From: an uncultured Nitrospiraceae bacterium
Lineage (GTDB): Bacteria > Nitrospirota > UBA9217
Reading direction: 5' to 3'
Assembly (NCBI GenBank): GCA_964364055.1
Contig: CAYILT010000002.1
Location: forward strand, 1-58,026
DNA: 58,026 bases
A program made the position numbers and the translations under genes. Each line of letters begins with the position of its first letter. The first letter of the stretch is position 1. This document shows positions 19,647-28,681 of the stretch, one piece after another. The notes under the pieces were generated by a model. That model worked only from the letters and a program-made list of their open reading frames with translations. It searched no databases and was not told the origin of the DNA.

Positions 19647-20116
19647 GTTCCTCCTCGTCGCGACCTCTTCGCGGCCCGCAAAAATAAATCTTCCCGTAGA
19701 TTATCGTTCTTGCCCGCGTGACGGACGACCATCTTCACAAGCTCGCCTTTTTCGAGACTGTCCAGGTATTTCTCCACGTCCTTCATGGTTATCTCGGCGC
19801 TCTTCGCCTTTCGGACCTTGCCGCCTTTTTCCTTTGCGCCTTTGCTGAGCCAGGTGAGACCGACAGCCACGCAATGCTTGCAGAAATCTCCGTCATCGCC
19901 CACCGGACAGGTGCAGGAATAATCCAGTTCACCGTCGTCGTCCCATAATCTGACTTTGTAGGTACGCGTTCCTTCCACCTTTGCCGTGATTTCACCCTCA
20001 CGCTCGGTCAACGGACCGACCACATCCATTTCGTAATATTCTTCACCGCGTTCGTATGACCTTGGGTCGGCCAGATTGCGGAGTGTAGTTCGAGTCAGTA
20101 TGTTTTTCATGATCAT
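19643..20116 (-). CDS. Short SWIM zinc-finger protein
   Basis: Start moved to MIMKNILTR. CTCPVGDDGDFCKHCVAVGL is a CxCx(n)CxH SWIM motif. Stop overlaps the cbiL start (ATGA). Confidence 0.7.
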   Translation of the reverse strand: MIMKNILTRTTLRNLADPRSYERGEEYYEMDVVGPLTEREGEITAKVEGTRTYKVRLWDDDGELDYSCTCPVGDDGDFCKHCVAVGLTWLSKGAKEKGGKVRKAKSAEITMKDVEKYLDSLEKGELVKMVVRHAGKNDNLREDLFLRAAKRSRRGGT

Positions 20117-20148
20117 AATGTACCCTTCGATTTGGTGCGGCGCGTTCG

Positions 20149-20195
20149 CCCCGTTAGAGGCCGCGATCGCTTGCCGCGAACTGCCTCTAACGGGG
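20149..20195. repeat. Perfect 13-bp inverted repeat (REP-like hairpin) between vapC and the SWIM gene
   Basis: CCCCGTTAGAGGC - 21 nt - GCCTCTAACGGGG. The loop contains GCGATCGC. Confidence 0.6.
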
Positions 20196-20210
20196 TTCGG
20201 GGAATGCGTT

Positions 20211-20609
20211 CTACAATTTTTTATCCCAGATGGTCTGAACCTTGTACTTCCTGATGAACGCGTCTGAAGTGATAATCGGAATCCCCTCCATGACTGCCTG
20301 GGCAATGAGGATTCTGTCAAAGGGGTCCCGGTGAAAAGAAGGCAGATGAAATACATGGAGAGCGTGGCTCGCCTCGACAGGCAACGTCTGGACGGCATTC
20401 AGCGCCATTTGTTCGACGATGAACGCATCCGGATGCGCGGGTAGCATAATCTTGCCGAGCCCCGCCTTGATCGCGATCTCCCAGCAACTCGCGGCGCTCA
20501 GAAACAATTCATTATCGTCGTCCGCGATTATCTCGCGCACACGCCGGGGCAGTTGCGGCGAGTCCATAATCCACCAGATAAATACGTGCGTATCGAGCAG
20601 CGCCCTCAT
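20211..20609 (-). CDS. vapC: PIN-domain toxin VapC
   Basis: MRALLDTHVFIWW...SAASCWEIAIK...; 132 aa; 4-bp overlap with the antitoxin gene. Confidence 0.85.
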   Translation of the reverse strand: MRALLDTHVFIWWIMDSPQLPRRVREIIADDDNELFLSAASCWEIAIKAGLGKIMLPAHPDAFIVEQMALNAVQTLPVEASHALHVFHLPSFHRDPFDRILIAQAVMEGIPIITSDAFIRKYKVQTIWDKKL

Positions 20610-20839
20610 TTCTCGAACTCATCGGCAAGCAACGACGGCAACGGTTCCGTAAAACCCTTTTTCAGAGTAATCCGTCCCTTCGCGCTCCCCGGCTCCCTTT
20701 TTTGCGTCTTCCCGATCAGCGGTAATAGACGTGCCACCGGTTTTCCGGCCTTGGCGATAACGATCTCTTCTCCGCCGGCCACCCTGCTCAAAAGTCTCGA
20801 AAAATGAGTCTTCGCCTCATGCACATTTACCATCGTCAT
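20606..20839 (-). CDS. Phd/YefM-type antitoxin
   Basis: MTMVNVHEAKTHFSRLLSRVAGGEEIVIAKAGKPVARLLP; 77 aa. Confidence 0.8.
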   Translation of the reverse strand: MTMVNVHEAKTHFSRLLSRVAGGEEIVIAKAGKPVARLLPLIGKTQKREPGSAKGRITLKKGFTEPLPSLLADEFEK

Positions 20840-20862
20840 AGCTATCGAGCCTCCTGAACATC

Positions 20863-20891
20863 ATATTAGACTAAGACATGGACTAAGTCAA
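20863..20891 (-). promoter_or_regulatory. Sigma-70-like promoter with a candidate operator for the toxin-antitoxin pair
   Basis: Minus strand reads TTGACT - 17 nt - TAATAT. The spacer holds the direct repeat TTAGTC..TTAGTC. Confidence 0.5.
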
Positions 20892-20959
20892 GGTAGAACA
20901 GCGCCTCATCGGGCATGCCTTCCATCTGTACCCGGAAATTTAAACCAACCCGCCATTCC

Positions 20960-21416
20960 TTAATCGCCCTGCCCGTGCGGCAGCATGACAAGTTCCTCCG
21001 CATCCGAGGTGTCCGCGAATATCGACTCGTTGATAATCCTCTCGGCAATAGCATCGAGATGCTTGGTAAGCTCTTTTTCGAGTTCCTGGTATTCAGGCCA
21101 CAGTGTCCTGTTCACAAAGCCCTTTGAAACCCGTGCCATGACGGTGGTATGCCGCTGGCGATAATAGCGATAGGGCTTAATGTCGTAACGCCGCAGTAAA
21201 GCAGTGAACAGCCGTCGGGACCATTGATTATTCATGGTGAACGTGTATTCAATCGGCGGATCAGCTTCGCCGAATTGGCGAATCTTGTCCTTGATTCGCT
21301 GGCGCGCATAATCAGCGGCGGAACGTTCGCCCTCCGTACCCGCCGCCGGCGTGCAAGGCTTCGATCAATTTTAGTTTTTCGATCAGTTTGTTTACGTCAT
21401 AATTTACTTCATTCAT
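20960..21416 (-). pseudogene. Frameshifted hypothetical gene
   Basis: ATG at 21416 reads MNEVNYDVNKLIEKLKLIEALHAGGGYGGRTFRR*. The adjacent frame is open from 21364 (..AAGTEGERSAAADYARQRIKDKIRQFGEADPPIEYTFT) and runs straight into the 91-aa ORF 20960..21235. The frames switch inside a GCCGGCGGCGGG run. Confidence 0.45.
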
Positions 21417-21499
21417 GGTGAGGTCCTTTTGGTACCGCGACACGCTAAAAACGAAACATATGTCATCGGTTCGGTCCGTTCGGGGAACGGACCCTACCT

Positions 21500-24400
21500 T
21501 TATATTTTCGATTTGTTGTCTGCCGGCTCCACCAGCAACTGCAGCAGCTCGTCCGGCGATATCCTGCCGCTCATGTCGCTGCCTTCGAGGAGGCTGTCCG
21601 CCAGGTCCCTTTTGTGCTGGTGCAGGTCAACGATCTTTTCTTCGATGGTCCCCTTTGTTATCAGGCGGTAAATGGTAACCGGGCGTTCCTGACCGATCCG
21701 GTAAGCGCGGTCCGACGCCTGGTCCTCAACGGCCGGGTTCCACCAGGGGTCCATGTGCATAACATAGTCCGCGGCGGTGAGGTTCAGCCCCAAACCGCCC
21801 GCCTTGAGACTGATAAGAAACACATCACCGTCGCCTGCCTGAAAGGCGTCCACGCTTCGCTTCCGTTCCCGGGGCGGCGTGCTTCCGTCGATATACTGGT
21901 AGGGTATCTTTTTCTCTTCCAGGAACTCCCGCATGATCTCGAGATGGCCCACGAACTGGCTGAAGATGAGCGCCTTATGCTTATTATCGAGAAGTTCCTC
22001 CAAAGTCTCCACAAAAAGCTCGAACTTGCTGCTTTTGGTCTTTGTATCGGGAACAACAAGCCGGGGATTGCAGCAAAGCCTTCGCAGTCTCATGATCTCC
22101 GCGAGGATCTGGATGCTCTTCCGCCCCATATTCCCCTCCACCCGGGCGATCCTGTCGAGAGACTGCCGTCTCATGGCCTCATACAGCGCCGTCTCTTCTT
22201 CCCCAAGTTCGACATGGAGGATGATCTCCGTTTTTTGCGGCAATTCAGTCAGCACCTGGGTTTTGAGCCTGCGCAGAATAAAGGGCTGGACCAGCCTTTT
22301 CAGCCTTGTGCGCGCATGATGGTCATTGCCCCGTTCTATTGGATTGGCGAACCTTCTGTTGAAAGCATCAAGAGATCCGAGCAGTCCCGGATTTATGAAC
22401 CGGAACAGGTTCCACAACTCGTCAAGATGATTTTCCACGGGAGTGCCCGTGGTAATGATCTTGAACCGGCCCTGCAGCTTCATGGCCGCCTGCGAACGCA
22501 TGGTAGCGGCGTTTTTGATCGCCTGGGCCTCATCGAGCACGATCGTCTCCCATTCAACGGAAGCCAGAAGTTCCTCTTCCTGCTGGAGCAGGCCATAACT
22601 GCAAACCATGAGATCGAAAGGCCGGAGCGAAGCCGCGGTTTCTTTGCGGTCACCGGCCCCGAATTGGAAAACATTCAAGGTGGGGGCGAAACGCTTTGCC
22701 TCCTCCATCCAGTTCATGCAAACCGAAGTAGGGGCCACTACGAACGCGGGACCGTTCGCCGCGCGGCTGATGATGAGCGCCAAAGCCTGGATCGTTTTGC
22801 CGAGCCCCATATCGTCGGCCAGACAAGCGCCCACTCCCCAGTGGGCCAGACGGGCAAGCCATGCATAACCCTCCGTCTGATAGTCCCGCAATTCGGCCTG
22901 AAGTGTGGAAGGGACCACGGGCTGCAGCGCCTGCGCGCTCTGAATGCGGGTCATCTGTTCTTTCCATTGACTGTCCGTTTCCAGGTCCGTGCCGGCGGTC
23001 AGCTCCTCGATTGCGGGGGCCGCAAGGGGATGAAAACGCACGCCCTTGGCATGGCGTTCCGAGAGCGAAGCCAGGTCATCAAGACGTTTCCTGAACTCCC
23101 TGGTCAGCGCGAGAAACTCGCCGTTCCCCAATGGAAGAAAACGGCCCGGCGTCGCGTCCAGAAGTTCCAGGAGCTGCCGGAGTTCCATTACCTTGTCTTC
23201 GTTCAACCGTATCTCGCCGTTCAGACTGAACCAGTCGTTCTCCCGTTTAATGGCCATACGAAAACCGTCGAACGATATCTGGCGCGTGATTTTGAACTTC
23301 GCCCCCTCGGGCCAGTCCACGCACACCTTATCACCCAGGCCCTGAAGCTCCGTAAGCAGCTCCAGACAGTCCTCGGGCTCGTCAATATGCCATTCGCCAT
23401 CGAGGTCCTCATACTGGTCCAGGACCGTACAAGCCTGAAGCGTTTCCTCGACCATTCTTCGTTCCATCTCCAGCGAACGTTTTGTCTGGAGCCGCTCGTT
23501 GTCAATTTCAGCAATGACGGTCTCGCCCCCCTTGCCGGGCGAATAGTATGGACCTTTGCCGGAAAAGGGCCTGACCAGCGCCTGGATCTTGAGTCCTTCC
23601 TGAAACGGCATCATCACGACATGCGGGGTCGGATCGGACGGCGCTTCCTTGATATTTTCCATGCTGCCGCCGATTTCCGACTGAATATGGACAAGAGAGG
23701 ATATCGCGGAAATTGCTTCGAGCACCTTCTCCGACGCCGACAAGGGAACGCGAACACCCTCGCCGATAATGCGCGAAAGGGCCTTATGCTTTTCCGTCAG
23801 CTCCACCAGCCGGAAGCGGGTGGGGGTTTCCCTGATCACGGTTACCTTCGCATCCGGTGAGCACACGGGATACAGCGTTATGAAGATATTTTTTTTATTT
23901 CGGGAAACAAAAACCTCGGGCTCGCCCTTTACGAGTTCCACCCTGACACCCGGCGCGTCTTTCAGGAAGACCAGCGGATGCCCCGCCAGTTCAGTCAAAG
24001 CCGCAAGGCCGAATTCGTTATAATGCCCCCAATAGGGATTGTCCTGCGCTAACCGGGCGGCAAGCCTCTTGTCCTGTTCAGTAAGATAAGATGATTTTTC
24101 CGAGTAGCGGTAAAGATCGTACATCGCAAGGGCCCTGCCTTTTGACCAGCCGCCCTTGGCGCTCATTTTCTGCTCCAGCGGATGCACCCGGCAGGTCCCC
24201 TTTTCGTTATATTCGAACAGCCATACCAGCCTTTTCTCGTTCACGACCGGGGACACAATGGCGCCTATGTTTTTCAAAGCGGCAAGAGAGCGCTCCCACG
24301 GCTCTTCCGGGACGATCAGGTCAAGAACACTCCGCATACCCGAGGCCTGACGAAACGCCGCGGCTTCAGCGCCGTATTCCTCGTTTTTTCCGTCCAGCCG

Positions 24401-25657
24401 GAAAAGAAGCTCTGACAGTTCCGCGGCGATGAGATGAAAGCCGTGGCTCTTTGCCTGGTTCAGGAACGCCTTCAGCCCTTCCGCCGCGCTTCGTATGGTT
24501 GACGGAGAAAGAGACAGCGAAATAAATACTCTGAAAAAATGCTTCATGGTGCAATGCTCGTCTAAAGGAAGTTCGGGCATCATGGGCTGGAGCTCGCCGC
24601 CGCGTTCAACAACCCAGTAGTGTTTCAGGTAGGAGAGAATATCATGGATATCGCCGTATTCCTCCCGCCGTTCCGCGTATCCGATATACTCCAGCGCCTG
24701 TTTTGCCCGGACAGGGTCCTTGCCCGCAAGCAGCAGGAGGGGGAAATAGACCCCGTAAACGCCCTTGAAATAAACCTTGCGTTTGTTCATTTCCTTCTTC
24801 AATTTCACGAGCGCCGACTCATACAGCGTTATCGCCTTGTCGTCTTCCGCGCGCAGGAAGGACAGCCACGCCCGCACTGCCTCCGCACCGGCTAAAGCAC
24901 CCGCTCCGTGCAGAAGCTGTTCAGCCTCTTCGACGTTTCCCTGAAAAATGAGGTAATGGGCAAGACCATAACTCAGATACTCGTTGCCGGACCCGCTTTT
25001 GCTCAGAAGAGCCCGGGCAAACAATACCGCGTCCCGCGCGGGCTCGAGCTTGAGCGTGGAGTGAATGAATATCCGCACGAGCGCGTCGGCCTGCACTTCC
25101 GGCGGCAGGGAAGCTGCCGTTTCCGCGTCAAAAGGGTTATTGTAGATGGTGAGAAACGGATGTTTCTCCTGAAAAGCGTCAGGGTAAAAACGCTCGATTT
25201 CCGACAGTATCTTGACAAGCTGGTCCCTGCCCTCGCCAAGATATGCGGCGATGCGCAGTTCCTTCATTTTTTTATCGAAGCTGGTGTCGAACGAGTAATG
25301 CTCGCGAGAGGACCTTACAACGCGCGCGAGCTCGCCGAAATGGTTCTTACGGACCGCATCGCGGGTCGCGTACTCGACAAGGAGGTCGGAACAACGATAA
25401 CCACCGAGCCGCTCATGATGCGCCAACAATCCCCGGGCGGACAATGCGTTCAGAATGGCGTCAAGGGCCTTGGGCCTGACGAGCCAACCCGGAACTACCG
25501 ACGCGGGGCATTCACGCAGCGCGGCAAGCAGTTTGCCTCTATCGACGAACTGATAAAATACCGACGCTGTTTGAATAACCGCCTTTTCATCCTGCGAGGC
25601 CGCTTCATAAGCCCGGATCAAATCGGCCCGCAAATGTTCTTTTTCGTCAAAGGTCAT
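21500..25657 (-). CDS. SNF2-family helicase/ATPase with an approximately 900-aa uncharacterised N-terminal region
   Basis: C-terminal third has LADDMGLGKT (motif I), DEAQAIKN (DExx box) and Helicase_C motifs (QASDRAYRIGQ). Confidence 0.85.
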   Translation of the reverse strand: MTFDEKEHLRADLIRAYEAASQDEKAVIQTASVFYQFVDRGKLLAALRECPASVVPGWLVRPKALDAILNALSARGLLAHHERLGGYRCSDLLVEYATRDAVRKNHFGELARVVRSSREHYSFDTSFDKKMKELRIAAYLGEGRDQLVKILSEIERFYPDAFQEKHPFLTIYNNPFDAETAASLPPEVQADALVRIFIHSTLKLEPARDAVLFARALLSKSGSGNEYLSYGLAHYLIFQGNVEEAEQLLHGAGALAGAEAVRAWLSFLRAEDDKAITLYESALVKLKKEMNKRKVYFKGVYGVYFPLLLLAGKDPVRAKQALEYIGYAERREEYGDIHDILSYLKHYWVVERGGELQPMMPELPLDEHCTMKHFFRVFISLSLSPSTIRSAAEGLKAFLNQAKSHGFHLIAAELSELLFRLDGKNEEYGAEAAAFRQASGMRSVLDLIVPEEPWERSLAALKNIGAIVSPVVNEKRLVWLFEYNEKGTCRVHPLEQKMSAKGGWSKGRALAMYDLYRYSEKSSYLTEQDKRLAARLAQDNPYWGHYNEFGLAALTELAGHPLVFLKDAPGVRVELVKGEPEVFVSRNKKNIFITLYPVCSPDAKVTVIRETPTRFRLVELTEKHKALSRIIGEGVRVPLSASEKVLEAISAISSLVHIQSEIGGSMENIKEAPSDPTPHVVMMPFQEGLKIQALVRPFSGKGPYYSPGKGGETVIAEIDNERLQTKRSLEMERRMVEETLQACTVLDQYEDLDGEWHIDEPEDCLELLTELQGLGDKVCVDWPEGAKFKITRQISFDGFRMAIKRENDWFSLNGEIRLNEDKVMELRQLLELLDATPGRFLPLGNGEFLALTREFRKRLDDLASLSERHAKGVRFHPLAAPAIEELTAGTDLETDSQWKEQMTRIQSAQALQPVVPSTLQAELRDYQTEGYAWLARLAHWGVGACLADDMGLGKTIQALALIISRAANGPAFVVAPTSVCMNWMEEAKRFAPTLNVFQFGAGDRKETAASLRPFDLMVCSYGLLQQEEELLASVEWETIVLDEAQAIKNAATMRSQAAMKLQGRFKIITTGTPVENHLDELWNLFRFINPGLLGSLDAFNRRFANPIERGNDHHARTRLKRLVQPFILRRLKTQVLTELPQKTEIILHVELGEEETALYEAMRRQSLDRIARVEGNMGRKSIQILAEIMRLRRLCCNPRLVVPDTKTKSSKFELFVETLEELLDNKHKALIFSQFVGHLEIMREFLEEKKIPYQYIDGSTPPRERKRSVDAFQAGDGDVFLISLKAGGLGLNLTAADYVMHMDPWWNPAVEDQASDRAYRIGQERPVTIYRLITKGTIEEKIVDLHQHKRDLADSLLEGSDMSGRISPDELLQLLVEPADNKSKI

Positions 25658-25738
25658 ATTGTTCCATCAGGATAAATATTGTATGCACATGAGAATATAA
25701 CCGTAGGGACCGGTCCCCGAATGGTCAGAACCTTATCA

Positions 25739-26281
25739 TCAGGTTCGATAAAAGGGCTCATTAAACATTGTAGCCTTCCTGTCACGCTCGGAGATGCAGC
25801 GCGTAGGACAACTGACGCACTTGCCTGTCAGGGAATCCCATGCCTTCGCGGCCGTCGTCAGCAGGCGGTTTACCAACTCGTCGCCGATATGCGGGAAGTA
25901 CGCCTCGATGCTTCTGTAACCGAACTCAATGCTCCCGATTTTACCCGATACACGCGCCAGAACTTGCTCGCTCATCTGTTTGGCATGCTGAATGCAGAAT
26001 ACCGCAATGGCCCGGCCGTCAACGCCTTTGCTACCCAGTCGTGCATGGAGCTTCTTGTCCCGATGAATATGAGCCTCATACTCGAGCGCATATTCGAAGA
26101 GAAACCAATTGAGCTTCGTCTTTTCCGTTTCCGAATTATGGAAAGCGTCTGGGGAAATAAAACGTTCTCTGGTCACTATATTTTTCCGATATAACATGAT
26201 CAGCCGCCTCGTCGGGTCCGGAATTTCATTGAACGCGCTGTGCTTCACCGGTCCGCAGAGGCCATAAGGAGGCGTCAACAA
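25739..26281 (-). CDS. Hypothetical protein (start uncertain; alternative ATG at 26197)
   Basis: Open frame with a Cys-rich C-terminus, GKCVSCPTRCISERD. No family recognised. Confidence 0.4.
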   Translation of the reverse strand: MLTPPYGLCGPVKHSAFNEIPDPTRRLIMLYRKNIVTRERFISPDAFHNSETEKTKLNWFLFEYALEYEAHIHRDKKLHARLGSKGVDGRAIAVFCIQHAKQMSEQVLARVSGKIGSIEFGYRSIEAYFPHIGDELVNRLLTTAAKAWDSLTGKCVSCPTRCISERDRKATMFNEPFYRT

Positions 26282-26326
26282 ATTAAGGTGTCATCCTGGA
26301 GCCTCTAGTAAAAGCATTCAGGGTGG

Positions 26327-26400
26327 TTCGACAAGCTCACCACGAACGGCAAATGGCCAATGCGCGCGATTCCATATCCGTTCGTCCTGAGCTTGTCGAA
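26327..26400. repeat. REP-like imperfect palindrome
   Basis: TTCGACAAGCTCACCACGAACGG ... CCGTTCGTCCTGAGCTTGTCGAA: 23-nt arms with 2 mismatches. Confidence 0.6.
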
Positions 26401-26459
26401 GGACAGTTGCTACCTTTATTTATTGACGCTGCCTAACACGTGAATCATCTGCGCACCCG

Positions 26460-26873
26460 CTAATCCAGATAACATGCGCCGATCTCGAACGCCTGTTCGG
26501 GCGTCCCGAACCATTCGCCGCCATGGTAACAGCAGGGTTCATACCGTTCATGGCTATAGGTGTAAAACGCGACGCTCCAGCTGTCTGCGCTGAAATGCCG
26601 CAGCCGGACGAGGTGCGTAGGCGTGTTTCGCAGGCGTTCGATAAACTCCTGCCGGGTTTCAGCGCCAATGGAACGAAAGCGTTTCGGCGCAAAAGGCTCT
26701 TTGTAAGCGTCGATATAGCAGAGAGCGCCCTTGAACCTTACGTCAATCCTGGTGAACTTCCCGGCGTAATGCTTTTCCGCATATGCAGAAATTCGTTTCC
26801 TCGTTGCTTCCTGCGTGGCAGGCGGTATCTTCACCCCACCCGCGTGGGGATTGAACATCCACACCTTGCTCAT
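26460..26873 (-). CDS. Hypothetical protein
   Basis: Probable start MSKVWMFNPHAGGVKIP. No family recognised. Confidence 0.4.
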   Translation of the reverse strand: MSKVWMFNPHAGGVKIPPATQEATRKRISAYAEKHYAGKFTRIDVRFKGALCYIDAYKEPFAPKRFRSIGAETRQEFIERLRNTPTHLVRLRHFSADSWSVAFYTYSHERYEPCCYHGGEWFGTPEQAFEIGACYLD

Positions 26874-26934
26874 AAGCTTGCCTCCTCCTCGCCTCATGCG
26901 CGTTGCCGCCGGTGCGCAAACAGGACCCGTTCGT

Positions 26935-27345
26935 TCACCAGTTCACATGCCACGTGGCAAAGTCATCGAGCAGTTGGTAATCCTTTCCCTTTTCCACCCT
27001 GGTGGTCAGCCACGACAAACCCATCTCAAAGCCCCTGCCGTCCGAAAGACGCTTTACCTTCGCGAGCAAATCGTCCTCTTCCATTACGCTCGCCGATATG
27101 TCCATGAGTTGAAACTCATCGGTATGCGCCGGTCGGGATTTCTTGAGGTTTTCGTATTCCTCCTTGTCGCCCGGGCCGAACACATAGAATTCTTCCCAGG
27201 GGAAATCCTCACGGCCAGTCAGAAGAGCCTTCCGATCAAGATGCTGTAAAAGGTATTCCCTGTACTTCAACAAGTTCTGTTCCGACACTTCCGGGACCTC
27301 ATCGGTACCGAATACTTTGGCTATTCGTTTTTCATATGCGTCCAT
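26935..27345 (-). CDS. Hypothetical acidic protein
   Basis: 136 aa, ...GFEMGLSWLTTRVEKGKDYQLLDDFATWHVNW. No family named with confidence. Confidence 0.4.
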   Translation of the reverse strand: MDAYEKRIAKVFGTDEVPEVSEQNLLKYREYLLQHLDRKALLTGREDFPWEEFYVFGPGDKEEYENLKKSRPAHTDEFQLMDISASVMEEDDLLAKVKRLSDGRGFEMGLSWLTTRVEKGKDYQLLDDFATWHVNW

Positions 27346-27423
27346 TACGCTTTCCCTTTCATACTTTTATGCATCCGCTAAAACTCCCGCGGACTTTTGG
27401 GCACATTGTCCCATTTATCCGTC

Positions 27424-27509
27424 ATTCCGGCACGGTTCAAGCCGGAATCCAGTGACTTTGATTTTTCATCAGGTTGATAAAATGGATTCCCGATTAAAGC
27501 GTTCGGGAA
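27424..27509. repeat. Pair of REP-like hairpins
   Basis: ATTCCGGC-9 nt-GCCGGAAT (27424..27449) and ATTCCCG-11 nt-CGGGAAT (27486..27509). Confidence 0.55.
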
Positions 27510-27562
27510 TAACGAAACTATGCGGTAGTGTTAAGTTAACAGCCCTCATTCGCTGTTCTTAC

Positions 27563-28042
27563 TTACAAAACGACAACCGTCTCATCCCCCGCGATGTTCC
27601 GCACCTTCATGCGCAAGGGCTTTTTGACTGCGGCGATTTTTGCGTTCCAGAATTCCTTCGTCTTTTTCCCGTCCCGGATGACATATCCGTTCTTGTCGAT
27701 CTTGAGTTCCGTATCGCTTATCCAGGCGCCGACGGCATTAGTGCAATCGAGGCTGACCAGCTCAATAAGCTCCAGCCCATGTTTGCTGATTTCAATCGGC
27801 TTAAAGGGCTTTTTCTTTCTTCCGTTGCCGTTTTCCCCGTCCTCATCGCCATTCGGAGCGCCGTTTTCAACCCCTACTTGCTCCCCCTTGTCAAGGGGGA
27901 GAGTAAGAGGGGGTGAGTCGCTCAACGACTTTTTCTGATTGTATGCGTCGATAGCCTGCATCAGCCGATCGCTGACAAAAGACTTAAATTCGATTTCATA
28001 GCCGGTTTTCCTTCGCGGGATATGCCAATACCTTACGTTCAT
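27563..28042 (-). CDS. Hypothetical protein carrying an embedded palindromic repeat
   Basis: 159 aa. The central low-complexity segment SPPLTLPLDKGEQVGVENG is encoded by the hairpin CTCCCCCTTGTCAAGGGGGAG. Confidence 0.35.
   Translation of the reverse strand: MNVRYWHIPRRKTGYEIEFKSFVSDRLMQAIDAYNQKKSLSDSPPLTLPLDKGEQVGVENGAPNGDEDGENGNGRKKKPFKPIEISKHGLELIELVSLDCTNAVGAWISDTELKIDKNGYVIRDGKKTKEFWNAKIAAVKKPLRMKVRNIAGDETVVVL
27881..27917. repeat. G/C-rich palindromic element inside the hypothetical ORF
   Basis: CTCCCCCTTGTCAAGGGGGAG followed by AGTAAGAGGGGGTGAG. Confidence 0.65.
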
Positions 28043-28231
28043 GCAAGTTGCATTCGACAGCCGGAAGTCTATTCATGTTCTCCTGCCAGGCTCGTATTAT
28101 AGCAGGCCGGAAATCCGCAATATCGGTGCATAGTCTTTCATGTTTAATCTAATCCGCCGAACGCGCCGCGGAGCGCCTTGCTTAAACTTCGCAGCGCTTA
28201 TTCCCGGCTTGGTGTTAGGTCCAGGTCTTTC

Positions 28232-28681
28232 TTATCTTCCCCAGATTTCTTCAGGGTCTTCTATATTGGGATCATCATATCTTTCCATTCTCCCAAGCCA
28301 TTCCGGCATGCCATCCTTTATTCTGCATTTAAGTTGCTCAAGGGCTTCACTGGTTATTTTATTTGTTTCAAGCATAAACTGGTAAAATTTCGTCAAACTC
28401 GCGGCATTTGCTTTGATAGCTGCTTTGCTCGCCCACATCGCTTTTCGTATGAACCAATAGCCCAGAAACATGCCTATGCTGCCGACGCCCTCAGCGGCCT
28501 CAATGGTATCTTCATTTAAAAGGAACTCATTAATATAAAAATCGACGTTTGAAACATGCTTTTTTACGGTCGTACTTGAAAGCTTGCTGTCTGATAGCCA
28601 TTTTTGAAAGTGCTTTAATAAGAGCATGTTTTTTCCTCTGATTCTATTGCATTCCTTCTCATATTGTTCGTACGAACTCAT
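28232..28681 (-). CDS. Hypothetical protein
   Basis: 149-aa open frame in an AT-richer context. No family recognised. Confidence 0.4.
   Translation of the reverse strand: MSSYEQYEKECNRIRGKNMLLLKHFQKWLSDSKLSSTTVKKHVSNVDFYINEFLLNEDTIEAAEGVGSIGMFLGYWFIRKAMWASKAAIKANAASLTKFYQFMLETNKITSEALEQLKCRIKDGMPEWLGRMERYDDPNIEDPEEIWGR

Noticed and set aside
21614-23860. A 748-aa plus-strand ORF
   Set aside because: It is antisense to the SNF2 helicase, whose motifs are clear on the minus strand.
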